This document shows positions 1 to 9,581 of a DNA stretch of 64,000 bases, piece by piece. Position numbers and translations under genes: made by a program. Each line of letters begins with the position of its first letter. Position 1 is the stretch's first letter. This DNA comes from Dinghuibacter sp. (GTDB lineage: Bacteria; Bacteroidota; Bacteroidia; Chitinophagales; Chitinophagaceae), in assembly GCF_035492835.1 (NCBI RefSeq), contig NZ_DATJIY010000160.1, forward strand, positions 34,106 through 98,105. Reading direction: 5' to 3'. The notes under the pieces were generated by a model. That model was given only the letters and a program-made list of their open reading frames with translations, ran no database searches and was not told the DNA's origin.

Positions 1-2
1 TC

Positions 3-2189
3 ATGCAGCGACTGGACAATATGCACCAGACGTTGAATAACATCAACAATTTTCAGAACAAAAGCTTCGATACCAACCGGGTCAAGCGGGAGCTGTCGAC
101 CTTTAACGGGACGCTGGCGGTGATCCGGTCGGCGATGACCGGGTACAACCTTCCGGAATACAAACAGCTGCTCCTCTATGAGTATATGCTGAACTATATG
201 AACGGAAAACTCTCGGATTGGCGCGCCACCCTGTTTCAATACAATACCGATCTTGTCTCGATGACGTCGGAAACCGCGGCTTTTGCAAAGGACTCCCTCC
301 TCCGGAACCTGGTTCGGGACAGCCTTTACCGGGCTATGTACACGAGCGAGCTGCAGGAGCTCCTGCAGAAATGGGACACCGCCCGCAAAACGACGGCGGC
401 CAACCTGGCCAGCATCAATGCCCTCCAATCGGCGATCACGCCCCCGTATTTCCTGACTACGGATCTGCTCGACGACGTCGCCCGGATGAAAACGACGATT
501 ACGTCCCGGCTTTTTCAAAAAGAATATCCTTATCTGTGGGAGCGCGGTCGGAGCGATGCGGGTAGTACCGGGGACCTCGCCGCCCGTTCGGCGCGTACCG
601 AAAGGGAGCTGATGGGCTTTTTCCTGCAATTGAACTGGGGATATTATATATACGCGCTGTTGATCGGTTTATCGTTCGGGTTTTGGGTATGGAATAATTT
701 CAGGAAAATGGGTGAGCTGCCCGGCGACGTAACCCTTCATTATATCCACCGGGTCCCGGTGCTCGCGAGCCTGGCGGTCATGCTCAACATCCTGCCCTTT
801 TTCGACCTGGACGCGCCCACGGTGTTCACCCAGTTGGGACAGTTCATCCTGATGATCGTCGTGAGCGTCCTCTTCTGGATGACCTGGCCGCGGAAGTACT
901 TCCTTTATTGGGGATTGCTGCTCTTCCTGTACGTGTGTTACGGAGTCACCGGGCCGCTGCTGGTGGCGAAATGGGACGCCCGGCTGTGGTTACTGCTGTT
1001 GAACGCGTGTTCCATGGTCGTAGCCTATGTTTGTTTGCGGAAGATCGTACACCTCTTCCCCTATCCGCGGACCGTCCGGATAGTATGGTGGTTGTGCCTG
1101 GGATTGAACGGGCTTTCGATCCTGTGCAACGTTTTCGGGCGGCTGAGCCTGGCGAAGATATTCAGCTCGGCCAGTATGTTCGGGCTGATACAGGTCATCG
1201 TGCTCACGGTATTTATCGACACCGTCCTGGAGGCGTTTACGCTGCAAACCGCGGTAAGCCGAAGGGATGAACGGCGCAAGGGACTGGCCCCCCTGTTCGA
1301 ACGCATGCAGCGGGGAGTGGAACGCTTCCTGCTGGCGCTGGCTTTTATCACCTGGCTGGTGGCCTTCGCCATCAACCTGAACGTATACGATGCGGTATAC
1401 GCCGCGGTGGCCCGCGTGTGGAACCACGTCGTCCACCTGGGTTCGATCTCCTTTAAATTGGGCAACGTTTTGTTGTTTATCGGGATCGTCTATTGCGCCA
1501 ACGTGCTGCAGAAATACATCGGTTATCTCTATGGCTCCGCGGATGAGCCGGGCACGCCGCAACCGGGGAAAAAGGGTTCCCAGCTGGTCATGGTGAGGTT
1601 GATCCTGATCATCGCGGGTTTCCTGCTCGCGATCGCGGCCTCGGGATTGCCGATCGACCGGATCACGATCGTACTGGGCGCCCTGGGCGTTGGTATCGGG
1701 CTGGGGCTGCAAACCATCGTCAACAACCTTGTATCGGGGATCATCCTCATCTTCGAACGGCCCTTCCAACTGGGCGACTACATCGAGCTGAACGGTAAAA
1801 AAGGGATGGTGAGGGATATCGGCATACGCGCTTCGCGCATGGTTACCGAGGCCGGGAACGAGATCATCATGCCCAATGGCGACCTGCTGGCCGGAGAGGT
1901 GATCAACTGGACGGTCCGAAACAACCAGGTACGTCTCGAAATGCCGATCACCGTGGAGGCAGGCCCCTCCTTCGAGTCGGTCGTCCGCGGCGTGGAAGAA
2001 GCGTTGTCGGGGCATCCCGACCTTCTTTCGGACAAACCGAACGTCCTGCTCAACACCTCTACGGACAAAACGCTCAGCATTACCGTATTGGTTTGGGTGT
2101 CGAACGTCGCCCAGTTGCAAACCATCAAGAGCGAGGTGCTCGACCTGCTCTATCAGAAGTTCAGGGAAAAAGGGATCAAGCCGGTGTAA
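3..2189 (+). CDS. Large mechanosensitive ion channel, MscS family, with long N-terminal soluble and multi-TM region (probably 5' partial)
   Basis: C-terminal MscS signature (GALGVGIGLGLQTIVNNLVSGIILIFERPFQLGDYIE...IGIRAS) after many hydrophobic helices; frame is open at the window edge. Confidence 0.9.
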   Translation: MQRLDNMHQTLNNINNFQNKSFDTNRVKRELSTFNGTLAVIRSAMTGYNLPEYKQLLLYEYMLNYMNGKLSDWRATLFQYNTDLVSMTSETAAFAKDSLLRNLVRDSLYRAMYTSELQELLQKWDTARKTTAANLASINALQSAITPPYFLTTDLLDDVARMKTTITSRLFQKEYPYLWERGRSDAGSTGDLAARSARTERELMGFFLQLNWGYYIYALLIGLSFGFWVWNNFRKMGELPGDVTLHYIHRVPVLASLAVMLNILPFFDLDAPTVFTQLGQFILMIVVSVLFWMTWPRKYFLYWGLLLFLYVCYGVTGPLLVAKWDARLWLLLLNACSMVVAYVCLRKIVHLFPYPRTVRIVWWLCLGLNGLSILCNVFGRLSLAKIFSSASMFGLIQVIVLTVFIDTVLEAFTLQTAVSRRDERRKGLAPLFERMQRGVERFLLALAFITWLVAFAINLNVYDAVYAAVARVWNHVVHLGSISFKLGNVLLFIGIVYCANVLQKYIGYLYGSADEPGTPQPGKKGSQLVMVRLILIIAGFLLAIAASGLPIDRITIVLGALGVGIGLGLQTIVNNLVSGIILIFERPFQLGDYIELNGKKGMVRDIGIRASRMVTEAGNEIIMPNGDLLAGEVINWTVRNNQVRLEMPITVEAGPSFESVVRGVEEALSGHPDLLSDKPNVLLNTSTDKTLSITVLVWVSNVAQLQTIKSEVLDLLYQKFREKGIKPV

Positions 2190-3228
2190 AGGCTTCGCTG
2201 GTCTCCTGAATAAGCGCCTCCATCAGCTCCGCGGCCTTCCGATGTCGCAGCAGGGGAGCGATCTGGCCGCCCCAAAACAGGACCAGGTCCCACTGTTGCC
2301 GCGCGATGGCCGCCTGGCGGAGCGGTGCGATCAGCTGTGTCTGTAGCGGGAAGGGGAGGTGGCTGGTCTCCGCGCCCAGCCGGTTCCGCAGCCCGCGGCC
2401 CAACCGGCCGCTAAACGCGCGGGTGAGCATGGTGTGCCGGGCCTTTTCGGAGAACAGCATGTTCCGGTGCGCGTCGAGCGCGCCCGATTCTTCACACGCC
2501 AGGAAGGCGGTGCCGACCTGGACCGCGTCCGCGCCAAGCGTCAGCGCCGCCGCGACGCCCCGGCCGGTAGCGATACCACCCGCGGCGATAACCGGCAACC
2601 GGACCTTGTCACGGATTTGCTGGACGAGCACAAACGTACCGGTGAGCGACTGCTCGGCCGGCGCCAGCCACGAGGGCCGGTGACCGCCCGCTTCAAAACC
2701 TGCGGCGATGATGGCGTCCACACCGGCGGACTCCAGCCGGATGGCCTCGTCCAACGTGGTGGCGGCGCCCACGGTCATGATGCCCCGGCGGCGGCACTCC
2801 TCCAGGATCGATGAAGATGGGATTCCGAACATAAAGCTGAACACCGGTGGCCTGACATCGAGGATCACCTGCACTTGGTTGTCGAACCGTGAATGGAAGC
2901 TAAACGTCTTGTCCGGCAGCCCGACACCCACCTCATCGAAATAGGGTTGGAAAACCGCACGCAATTCCGGCGTCAGCCGGGCTTCGGTACCGTCCAGGTC
3001 GGATACCCAGAGGTTGAGGTTGTAAGGCTTGTCGGTAGCGGCCTTGAGCTCCGCGTCGATCTGGGCGATCTCTTCTGGCGTATTGGTGTACGCGCCAAAG
3101 CCGCCTACCCCGCCCAGGTTGGACACCATCGCCGTGAGCTTCACCGTGGAAAAATTCCCGCCAAACGGTCCCTGGAAGATGGGGTAGCGTATCCCCAATC
3201 GTTCCGTGACCCTAGTGTTCGGCCACAT
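2176..3228 (-). CDS. Nitronate monooxygenase family flavoprotein
   Basis: YPIFQGP, GGVGGFG, GFEAGGHR, IAAGGIATGRG and AVQVGTAFL motifs. Confidence 0.9.
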   Translation of the reverse strand: MWPNTRVTERLGIRYPIFQGPFGGNFSTVKLTAMVSNLGGVGGFGAYTNTPEEIAQIDAELKAATDKPYNLNLWVSDLDGTEARLTPELRAVFQPYFDEVGVGLPDKTFSFHSRFDNQVQVILDVRPPVFSFMFGIPSSSILEECRRRGIMTVGAATTLDEAIRLESAGVDAIIAAGFEAGGHRPSWLAPAEQSLTGTFVLVQQIRDKVRLPVIAAGGIATGRGVAAALTLGADAVQVGTAFLACEESGALDAHRNMLFSEKARHTMLTRAFSGRLGRGLRNRLGAETSHLPFPLQTQLIAPLRQAAIARQQWDLVLFWGGQIAPLLRHRKAAELMEALIQETSEAFTPA

Positions 3229-3649
3229 CGGAGATCATTTTGTTGACAATGACCCAGTGACCATCGAGCTTGTGAAACGACAGGAATTCGTGATAGTTGA
3301 AATCGTACATCTTCACCCGGACCTTGGCGATCGCGATCGACTGGATCACCTCGATCGAAATGATGTCCCCCTTGAAGGGTTTACCGGAGTCCTTGGGGCT
3401 TTGGCGATGCGCCACGCCATCGAGGTACTCGGGGAGGGCCTTGAAATAAGGCTTGCCCTGTACGTCCCCGAAGAGCAGCGTGCCCGGGTAATAAAGAGCG
3501 GACAAAAGGGCGGTATCCCCTTCATAGATGCCCTTGAAATAATTCTCCAGTACGCCGCTGATCGCAGCCGAATCCTGGTTCATAACAGGTGATTTTTTGG
3601 GTGATGGCTGACCCAGCATCAGGGTCATGACCACGAGCAATAGGTTCAT
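3212..3649 (-). CDS. NTF2/SnoaL-like (lumazine-binding-type) protein with signal peptide
   Basis: YFKGIYEGD...L...Y, IAIAKV and FLSFHKLDGHWVIVNK pattern; overlaps the start of the NMO gene. Confidence 0.75.
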   Translation of the reverse strand: MNLLLVVMTLMLGQPSPKKSPVMNQDSAAISGVLENYFKGIYEGDTALLSALYYPGTLLFGDVQGKPYFKALPEYLDGVAHRQSPKDSGKPFKGDIISIEVIQSIAIAKVRVKMYDFNYHEFLSFHKLDGHWVIVNKMISDVAEH

Positions 3650-3667
3650 GGGTCGAAGGTAGGGCCT

Positions 3668-3997
3668 TTAGTCTTCGTCGTCCCTGGGAAACTCCGTGGC
3701 GTCGAAGGCCCCGGCGGACCCGTCGTGGCGCTCCAGCTCCTCTTCGTCGACGGCGCGCTGGTAGTACCCGGCGATTCCCTCACCGATCCTGGAGACAAGA
3801 TCGGCGGAGGCGGCTTCGCCATCCCGCTGGAACCAGCCGTTGTCCCCGCAACACAAGTAGGCAAAGAAATCCCCATTTAGCATGACACGGTAAAAAACGG
3901 GGAGACCGCCGGGGGAAAGTTCGGCGGAAGGCGTGACCCAGGCGTCGTAATACTGGTCGTCGTCCGTAAATTCCAACGGGAAGGAATGATTGACCAT
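3668..3997 (-). CDS. Hypothetical small acidic protein
   Basis: Fills the gap between co-oriented genes with plausible composition; no family recognised. Confidence 0.6.
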   Translation of the reverse strand: MVNHSFPLEFTDDDQYYDAWVTPSAELSPGGLPVFYRVMLNGDFFAYLCCGDNGWFQRDGEAASADLVSRIGEGIAGYYQRAVDEEELERHDGSAGAFDATEFPRDDED

Positions 3998-4020
3998 AGC
4001 CTAAGTTACTGAATTCCTAC

Positions 4021-4563
4021 CTACGGTACGAGGAGCGGCCGCCCTTGTTGTGCGTAACTGGCCCATAAAGGAGATATCCCGTCGAGTGGGCCAAAGAGCG
4101 GGTCCTGCGCCGGGAGGATCACCGAGGCGATGTGGGCGTCGGCCGACGGCCGCTCCCCCGGTTCGCCCCAGAAGCGGTTGGGGACCTGGCCATGGGGGCT
4201 GGCCACCACACATTGTACCTGGTCTTCCGTCCCCAGGTTGTGGTAGGCGGCGCCCGCGGGGATGATGAGGACGTCTCCCTTGGACAGCCGGATTTTTTGA
4301 CCGGCGTCTCCCCCCAATTGTATCGTCGTGCTCCCCCCGGCTACGCCCAGGGCCGTGTGCGCGGTGGAATGATAGTGGGCGGTCGTGGGTATGCCCCCCA
4401 CGGATGCCGGGGCCCATTGGTGTGAGGCAAAAACCCGTTTGATATATAATGTTTTGAGGAACAACGGCAACGACAACCCCTCTTTGTAAAGGACGACCGG
4501 GAGACGACTGCCGGGAAACCGGCCGTTCTCCTTGCACATAAAAAACAGGGGTTCTCCATTCAT
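4021..4563 (-). CDS. Cupin domain protein (YjlB-like)
   Basis: HYHSTAH...LGV and GDVLIIPAGAAYHN cupin motifs; start moved to the ATG at 4563. Confidence 0.8.
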   Translation of the reverse strand: MNGEPLFFMCKENGRFPGSRLPVVLYKEGLSLPLFLKTLYIKRVFASHQWAPASVGGIPTTAHYHSTAHTALGVAGGSTTIQLGGDAGQKIRLSKGDVLIIPAGAAYHNLGTEDQVQCVVASPHGQVPNRFWGEPGERPSADAHIASVILPAQDPLFGPLDGISPLWASYAQQGRPLLVP

Positions 4564-4633
4564 GGCGACAGGTGTTTGAAGGGGAAAGCTATGCCGGATC
4601 CGGTGCAATTTCCATGCCCGGGCCCTTCCCGTT

Positions 4634-4648
4634 TGGCACGATCTTTCA
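4634..4648 (+). promoter_or_regulatory. Possible sigma54-type -24/-12 promoter
   Basis: TGGCAC-GATCT-TTCA versus consensus TGGCAC-N5-TTGC, 20 bp upstream of the ATG at 4668. Confidence 0.35.
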
Positions 4649-4667
4649 ACATATTTTCCAGGAGATC

Positions 4668-5960
4668 ATGCAAAAAACATTCTTAATCATAGTCGTCTCG
4701 CTTGTCCTGGGCGCAGTAGGGTATTGCGGTTACCAGGTACACCGGTTATCGATGGAGCAAAAGCTCGTCAAGGAGGATTACAGCATTGCCAACAACATCA
4801 GTTTTGGGCTGCTGTCGATCAACAAGTGGCGGGACATGATGGTGACCGCGGTCGGCGGGGAGATCCAGTCCTTTTCCCTGACCGCGGCCGAACGCGACTC
4901 CCTGGACCGGGCGGTGCGGAACGTGCTGAATTCGCTGATCGACAGGGCGGACAGCATGATCAACGCCCCGCAGCACACCCTGGGGGGGAAACTCCGCAAA
5001 TTCGCCTACCACACTTTTGTCAACGACCGCCGGCTGCACGAGCAGGTACCGGCTTTTTCGCGCCAGATCATCGCCGAGGTCCTAAAACCCCGGAACAAAC
5101 AAAAACTGGCCTCGCTGGCCCAAAACAAGCTGGAGGACCTGGGGCAGCAGACATACGACAGCGCCCGCAGCCTGGAAGAGACCAAGGTCGATTCGGTGTA
5201 CCATTTGTATGGCGTGATGGATTCGGATGCGTTCGACCGCGTAACCGATGCACGGCTGAGCTTCATACACACGCAGATGTACCAGTACGCCTACGGCATG
5301 CTCGGAGGGCTTGCGCTCATGCTGTTCCTGTGGTATCTGCTCAGACGGAAGGCCACGCTGTATAAAACCCTCTTCGTCCTTTCCATCGTCGTCGCGCTGG
5401 TCTTCCTGCTGGTGGGTCTTACCTCCACTATGATCGAAATCGACGCCCGTATAAAATCCCTCAGCTTCCAGCTGCTCGGCGACACCATCGCTTTCCGGGA
5501 CCAGGTGATCTTTTTTCAAAGTAAGAGCATCCTGGACGTGGTCGTGCTCCTGCTCCACACGGGCCGGGTGGACTCCATCCTGGTCGGCAGTCTGATCCTG
5601 TGCTTCAGTATTTTCTTTCCCGTGACAAAGCTGCTGTCCGCGGGCGTCTACCTGCTGGGGGAGCGGGGCTGGACAAAGGGCCGGTTCATCAGGTATTTTG
5701 CCTTCCATTCCGGGAAGTGGAGTATGGCGGACGTCATGGTGGTGGCCATCTTTATGGCCTATATCGGGTTCAATGGGATACTGAACGACCAGATGTCAAA
5801 GCTCGACCTGCATACCGACAGCTTCACCAGCATCGCCACGAACCAGACCGCGCTCCAGCCGGGCTATATCATCTTCGTGGGGTTTGTGTTGTTCGGGTTG
5901 GTGTTGTCGGAAATCCTGAAGCGGATCGTAAAGGTCAGTTCCGCTGCATCAGCTGGATGA
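4668..5960 (+). CDS. Paraquat-inducible protein A (PqiA) domain membrane protein
   Basis: C-terminal KSILDVV...LCFSIFFPVTK...GKWSMADVMVVAIF...PG PqiA-like motifs; N-terminal TM plus helical domain; start at 4668. Confidence 0.8.
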   Translation: MQKTFLIIVVSLVLGAVGYCGYQVHRLSMEQKLVKEDYSIANNISFGLLSINKWRDMMVTAVGGEIQSFSLTAAERDSLDRAVRNVLNSLIDRADSMINAPQHTLGGKLRKFAYHTFVNDRRLHEQVPAFSRQIIAEVLKPRNKQKLASLAQNKLEDLGQQTYDSARSLEETKVDSVYHLYGVMDSDAFDRVTDARLSFIHTQMYQYAYGMLGGLALMLFLWYLLRRKATLYKTLFVLSIVVALVFLLVGLTSTMIEIDARIKSLSFQLLGDTIAFRDQVIFFQSKSILDVVVLLLHTGRVDSILVGSLILCFSIFFPVTKLLSAGVYLLGERGWTKGRFIRYFAFHSGKWSMADVMVVAIFMAYIGFNGILNDQMSKLDLHTDSFTSIATNQTALQPGYIIFVGFVLFGLVLSEILKRIVKVSSAASAG

Positions 5961-6483
5961 ACAGGTACGCAAGCCCCGCCTCGAACAGTTGTCGCGCCAT
6001 CCGGATAAAGAGGTGGCGTTCCAGCGGGAGGACACAGAGGCGGTAGAGCAAGGCAAAGAGGAGAAAGGGGAGGACGTGATAGGGGGTGGGGAAGAGCCAG
6101 TCCATACCCAGCGCAAAAAACATCGCCACGCAAAAAAGGGCGGTTTGTACCAGGAAAAAGGCTGCCTTGAAGCGGGGACCGAAAAAATCGAAGTCCTCGA
6201 AGGACCGGGACTTCTTGTTTTCATCCTTTATTTTTTTCTGGAGCGCTTTGTACTCCCCGGAGCCAAAGGCGGGTGCTTGTAGTTGGGATAGCGAATAAAG
6301 GCTTTCGGAGAGCGGGTTGAACACGCTCCGGCGGGCGTTGAAACGGTCGAACAGCTGCCGGAGCTCGACCTGCGCCCCGGTGGGGTCGAAGGACCGGCTG
6401 AGGGCGTACTTTCCCTGCAAGGCTTCGATGTCCTGCCATTGCAAAAGGTGTTTTCCCATGTATGTACCAGAAGAGCCGTCCAT
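5935..6483 (-). CDS. Hypothetical protein with two C-terminal TM helices
   Basis: Open frame with two hydrophobic segments; the ATG at 6483 avoids overlap with dnaE2. Confidence 0.55.
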   Translation of the reverse strand: MDGSSGTYMGKHLLQWQDIEALQGKYALSRSFDPTGAQVELRQLFDRFNARRSVFNPLSESLYSLSQLQAPAFGSGEYKALQKKIKDENKKSRSFEDFDFFGPRFKAAFFLVQTALFCVAMFFALGMDWLFPTPYHVLPFLLFALLYRLCVLPLERHLFIRMARQLFEAGLAYLFIQLMQRN

Positions 6484-6539
6484 GCAGTTGGCAATATCCA
6501 ACAATGGCGTAAGCCGGAACAGCGTATTTACACGTGGTT

Positions 6540-9500
6540 TTACTTGAAGTCCCTGGAGGCGGGTAAGACCATTTGCTGGAGCAGGCGCGTCAGGTTGTGA
6601 CATTTTTGGACAACCACGTGTATCACCTCCCCCTCTTTTTGCAGACGTCCTTCCACCATGATAAGTTTGGATTGTACGATAACCTTATGGTTTTCTTCGA
6701 ACACCCGCTCCCAGAAAACCAGGTTTGCAAAACCGGTTTCGTCCTCGATGGTCATAAAAACAACTCCGCTGGCGGTACCCGGCCGTTGCCTGACCAATAC
6801 AAGCCCGGCTACCCGGACCCAATCCTTGTCTTTGGCGTTGGTCAGCGCGCTTAAGGAGAGGACGCGGAGCAGGTCGAGTTTTTCCCGGACAAACCGAACG
6901 GGATGCGCCTTCAGGGACAACGACGTGGAGGCATAGTCCTGGACGACGTGCTCCGCGTCGGTCATTAACGGGAGAGTGATCCCCTTTTCCCGGGAGTCTT
7001 CCGGTGGCTGACCGCTAAAAAGGGCGATGGGCCGGTCGTGAAGGGCGGAAACCTGCCAGAGCGCCTGACGGCGGTCGAGGCCGAAGGAACAGAAGGCGTC
7101 GGCGTCAGCCAGCTTTTCCAACCCGGTCTGTGACACCCCGATATCGCGCAAGCCCGCCACGGTGGTATAACCGGTCCCACGGGCCTGTACGAGCTGTCGC
7201 ATCTCCTCCTCCTTCAATCCGCTTACCTGCCGGAACCCCAGCCGTAGTATCCCTTTCCCCTCCAGCGTATGGTCCCAATCCGACAGGTTGACGTCCACGG
7301 GCAACACCGTTACGCCGTGTTTCCTTGCGTCGATGACGATCTGGGCGGGCTGGTAAAAACCCATGGGCATGCTGTTCAGCAAGGCGCCCGCGAAAACGTC
7401 GGGGTAGTAACACTTGAGCCAGGCGGAGACATACACCAGGAGCGCAAAGCTGGCGGCGTGGCTTTCGGGGAAGCCATAGCTGCCAAAGCCCTCCAGCTGC
7501 CGGAAGACGCGCAGGGCATATTCCTCGGTATAGCCGTTGGCGACCATGCCGTCCACCAGCTTTTTCTGGAATTTCGTGACCTGCCCCTGGGCCTTAAAGG
7601 TGGCCATGCTTCGCCGGAGCTGGTCGGCTTCGGCCGGTGTAAAACCGGCGGCCACGATGGCGATCTTCATGGCCTGTTCCTGGAAGAGGGGGACGCCGAG
7701 CGTCTTGTGCAAGATCGTCTTCAGCTCTTCCGAGGGATATTCGACCTTTTCGTCGCCATTGCGTCTGCGCAGGTAAGGATGGACCATATCTCCTTGAATG
7801 GGACCCGGGCGCACGATCGCCACCTCGATGACGAGGTCGTAAAAGTTCCGTGGCCTCAACCGCGGCAGCATCGCCATCTGCGCCCGGCTTTCGATCTGGA
7901 AAACCCCCAGCGTATCGGCGTGGCTGATCATCTCGTATACGCCCGGGTCGTCCTGCGGGATGTTCGCAAGCGTGAGGTATTTATTATGGTGTTTTTGGGC
8001 CAGGTCGAAGGCCTTGCGGATACACGTCAGCATTCCGAGCGCCAGCACGTCGATCTTGAGGAACCCCAGGATGTCGATGTCGTCCTTGTTCCATTCGATA
8101 TTGGTCCGGTCCGCCATCCGGGCGTTGAGGATAGGACATAGGTCGGATAGCTTACCATTGGTGATGACAAAGCCCCCGGTATGCTGCCCCAGCTGGCGTG
8201 GGAAGCCCATCAGCTGCTCCGTCAGCTGCATCACCTTTTGGAGGTGCTTGTCGTCCGGCAGGTATTCGATACCCTCTTTGGACAACCGGCTGATCGTATC
8301 CACGGACAGCCCCATGGCCTTACCCACGTCGCGGATGGCGCCTTTGAAGCGCTCCTGCGTGACCGTGGCGACGATCGCCGCCCTGTCACGCCCATATTTC
8401 TGATAAATATATTGGATGACCTCTTCCCTGCGCTCGTGCTCGAAGTCCACGTCTATGTCCGGGGGTTCGTTCCGCGCCGAGGAGATAAAGCGTTCGAAGA
8501 GCAGGTCGAATTTGGCGGGGTTGACCGCGGTAATGCCCAGGCAGTAGCAGATCGTGGAGTTGGCGGCGGAGCCGCGACCCTGGCAGAGGATGCCCTGGCT
8601 GCGGGCAAAACGCACGATGTCGTACACGGTCAGGAAATACGGGGCATAGTTCATATCCGCGATAAAGGACATCTCGTGCCGGATATTTTTGACGACCAGC
8701 TCCGGGACGTCCTCCCCATACCGTTCCCTGGCGCCGATCTGCGTAAGGTGCTCGAGCTCCTCCAGGGGCGTCCTGTCGCCACCGGTGATCTCCTCGGGGT
8801 ATACATACTGTAATTGATTCAGGGAAAAACGACAGTCTTCCCCGATCTCGAGCGTCCTTTCCACCAACCTCGGATAGGGCCGGAACAGGCGGAGCATCTC
8901 GTCGATGGGTTTGAGGTAGCGCTCCGCGTTCCCATGTAGCCTGAAACCCGCCGTGTGGATGGTGCATTTTTCGCGCACGCACGTCAGGACGTCCTGTAGC
9001 TGCCGTCGTTCGGGCTCGTGGTAGTGGACGTCGCCGGTGGCGACCAGGGGGACTTCCATCCGGGAAAGCCGGTGGAGCCGCTTGACGTCGTCGCCCCGGT
9101 AGAGGCGCGTGGCTGCCATATATAAGCTATCGCCCAGGGCGTCCTTGTATTCTTGTAATTGCTTTTTGAACTCGTCCGCGATGTCGAAGGCGGGCGTTAG
9201 CTCCTCCGGTGGCAGCACGATAAACCGGATTCCCCGGGCGTACCGGTAGACGTCCGTTTTGTATATATGGCAATCCCCTTTTTCCGCACGGAGGTTCCCT
9301 TCCGTAAGGAGTGCGGACAACCGGCCATAGGCGGCCTTATCGGTGGGATAGGCCAGGAGGCTGGGTCCGTCCAGGAGGTCCAGCCGGCAGCCGGGGATGA
9401 ACCGCAGGGACGTATCCCTGGCGGCGCCATGGGCCCGGACGATCCCGGCCAGGGTATTCCGGTCGGTGACGGCCATGGCGGCGTATCCGAGTTTTTCCGC

Positions 9501-9581
9501 CCGTTCCACCAGCTCTTCCGGGTGGGAGCCGCCCCTCAGGAAGCTGAAGTTCGTCGTGACCTGTAATTCGATATAGCTCAT
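6540..9581 (-). CDS. dnaE2: Error-prone DNA polymerase (DNA pol III alpha paralogue, ImuC)
   Basis: PHP domain (ELQVTTNFSFLRGGSHPEEL), GRGSAANS, PPDIDVDFE, GVFQIESRAQ, YGFPESHAASF, C-terminal OB fold; third gene of the imuAB cassette. Confidence 0.97.
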   Translation of the reverse strand: MSYIELQVTTNFSFLRGGSHPEELVERAEKLGYAAMAVTDRNTLAGIVRAHGAARDTSLRFIPGCRLDLLDGPSLLAYPTDKAAYGRLSALLTEGNLRAEKGDCHIYKTDVYRYARGIRFIVLPPEELTPAFDIADEFKKQLQEYKDALGDSLYMAATRLYRGDDVKRLHRLSRMEVPLVATGDVHYHEPERRQLQDVLTCVREKCTIHTAGFRLHGNAERYLKPIDEMLRLFRPYPRLVERTLEIGEDCRFSLNQLQYVYPEEITGGDRTPLEELEHLTQIGARERYGEDVPELVVKNIRHEMSFIADMNYAPYFLTVYDIVRFARSQGILCQGRGSAANSTICYCLGITAVNPAKFDLLFERFISSARNEPPDIDVDFEHERREEVIQYIYQKYGRDRAAIVATVTQERFKGAIRDVGKAMGLSVDTISRLSKEGIEYLPDDKHLQKVMQLTEQLMGFPRQLGQHTGGFVITNGKLSDLCPILNARMADRTNIEWNKDDIDILGFLKIDVLALGMLTCIRKAFDLAQKHHNKYLTLANIPQDDPGVYEMISHADTLGVFQIESRAQMAMLPRLRPRNFYDLVIEVAIVRPGPIQGDMVHPYLRRRNGDEKVEYPSEELKTILHKTLGVPLFQEQAMKIAIVAAGFTPAEADQLRRSMATFKAQGQVTKFQKKLVDGMVANGYTEEYALRVFRQLEGFGSYGFPESHAASFALLVYVSAWLKCYYPDVFAGALLNSMPMGFYQPAQIVIDARKHGVTVLPVDVNLSDWDHTLEGKGILRLGFRQVSGLKEEEMRQLVQARGTGYTTVAGLRDIGVSQTGLEKLADADAFCSFGLDRRQALWQVSALHDRPIALFSGQPPEDSREKGITLPLMTDAEHVVQDYASTSLSLKAHPVRFVREKLDLLRVLSLSALTNAKDKDWVRVAGLVLVRQRPGTASGVVFMTIEDETGFANLVFWERVFEENHKVIVQSKLIMVEGRLQKEGEVIHVVVQKCHNLTRLLQQMVLPASRDFK

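Noticed and set aside
8260-8310. Apparent short deletion in DnaE2 (LSKEGIEYLPDDKHL) as a sign of pseudogenisation
   Set aside because: In frame, in a region I recall as variable, and all catalytic motifs are intact
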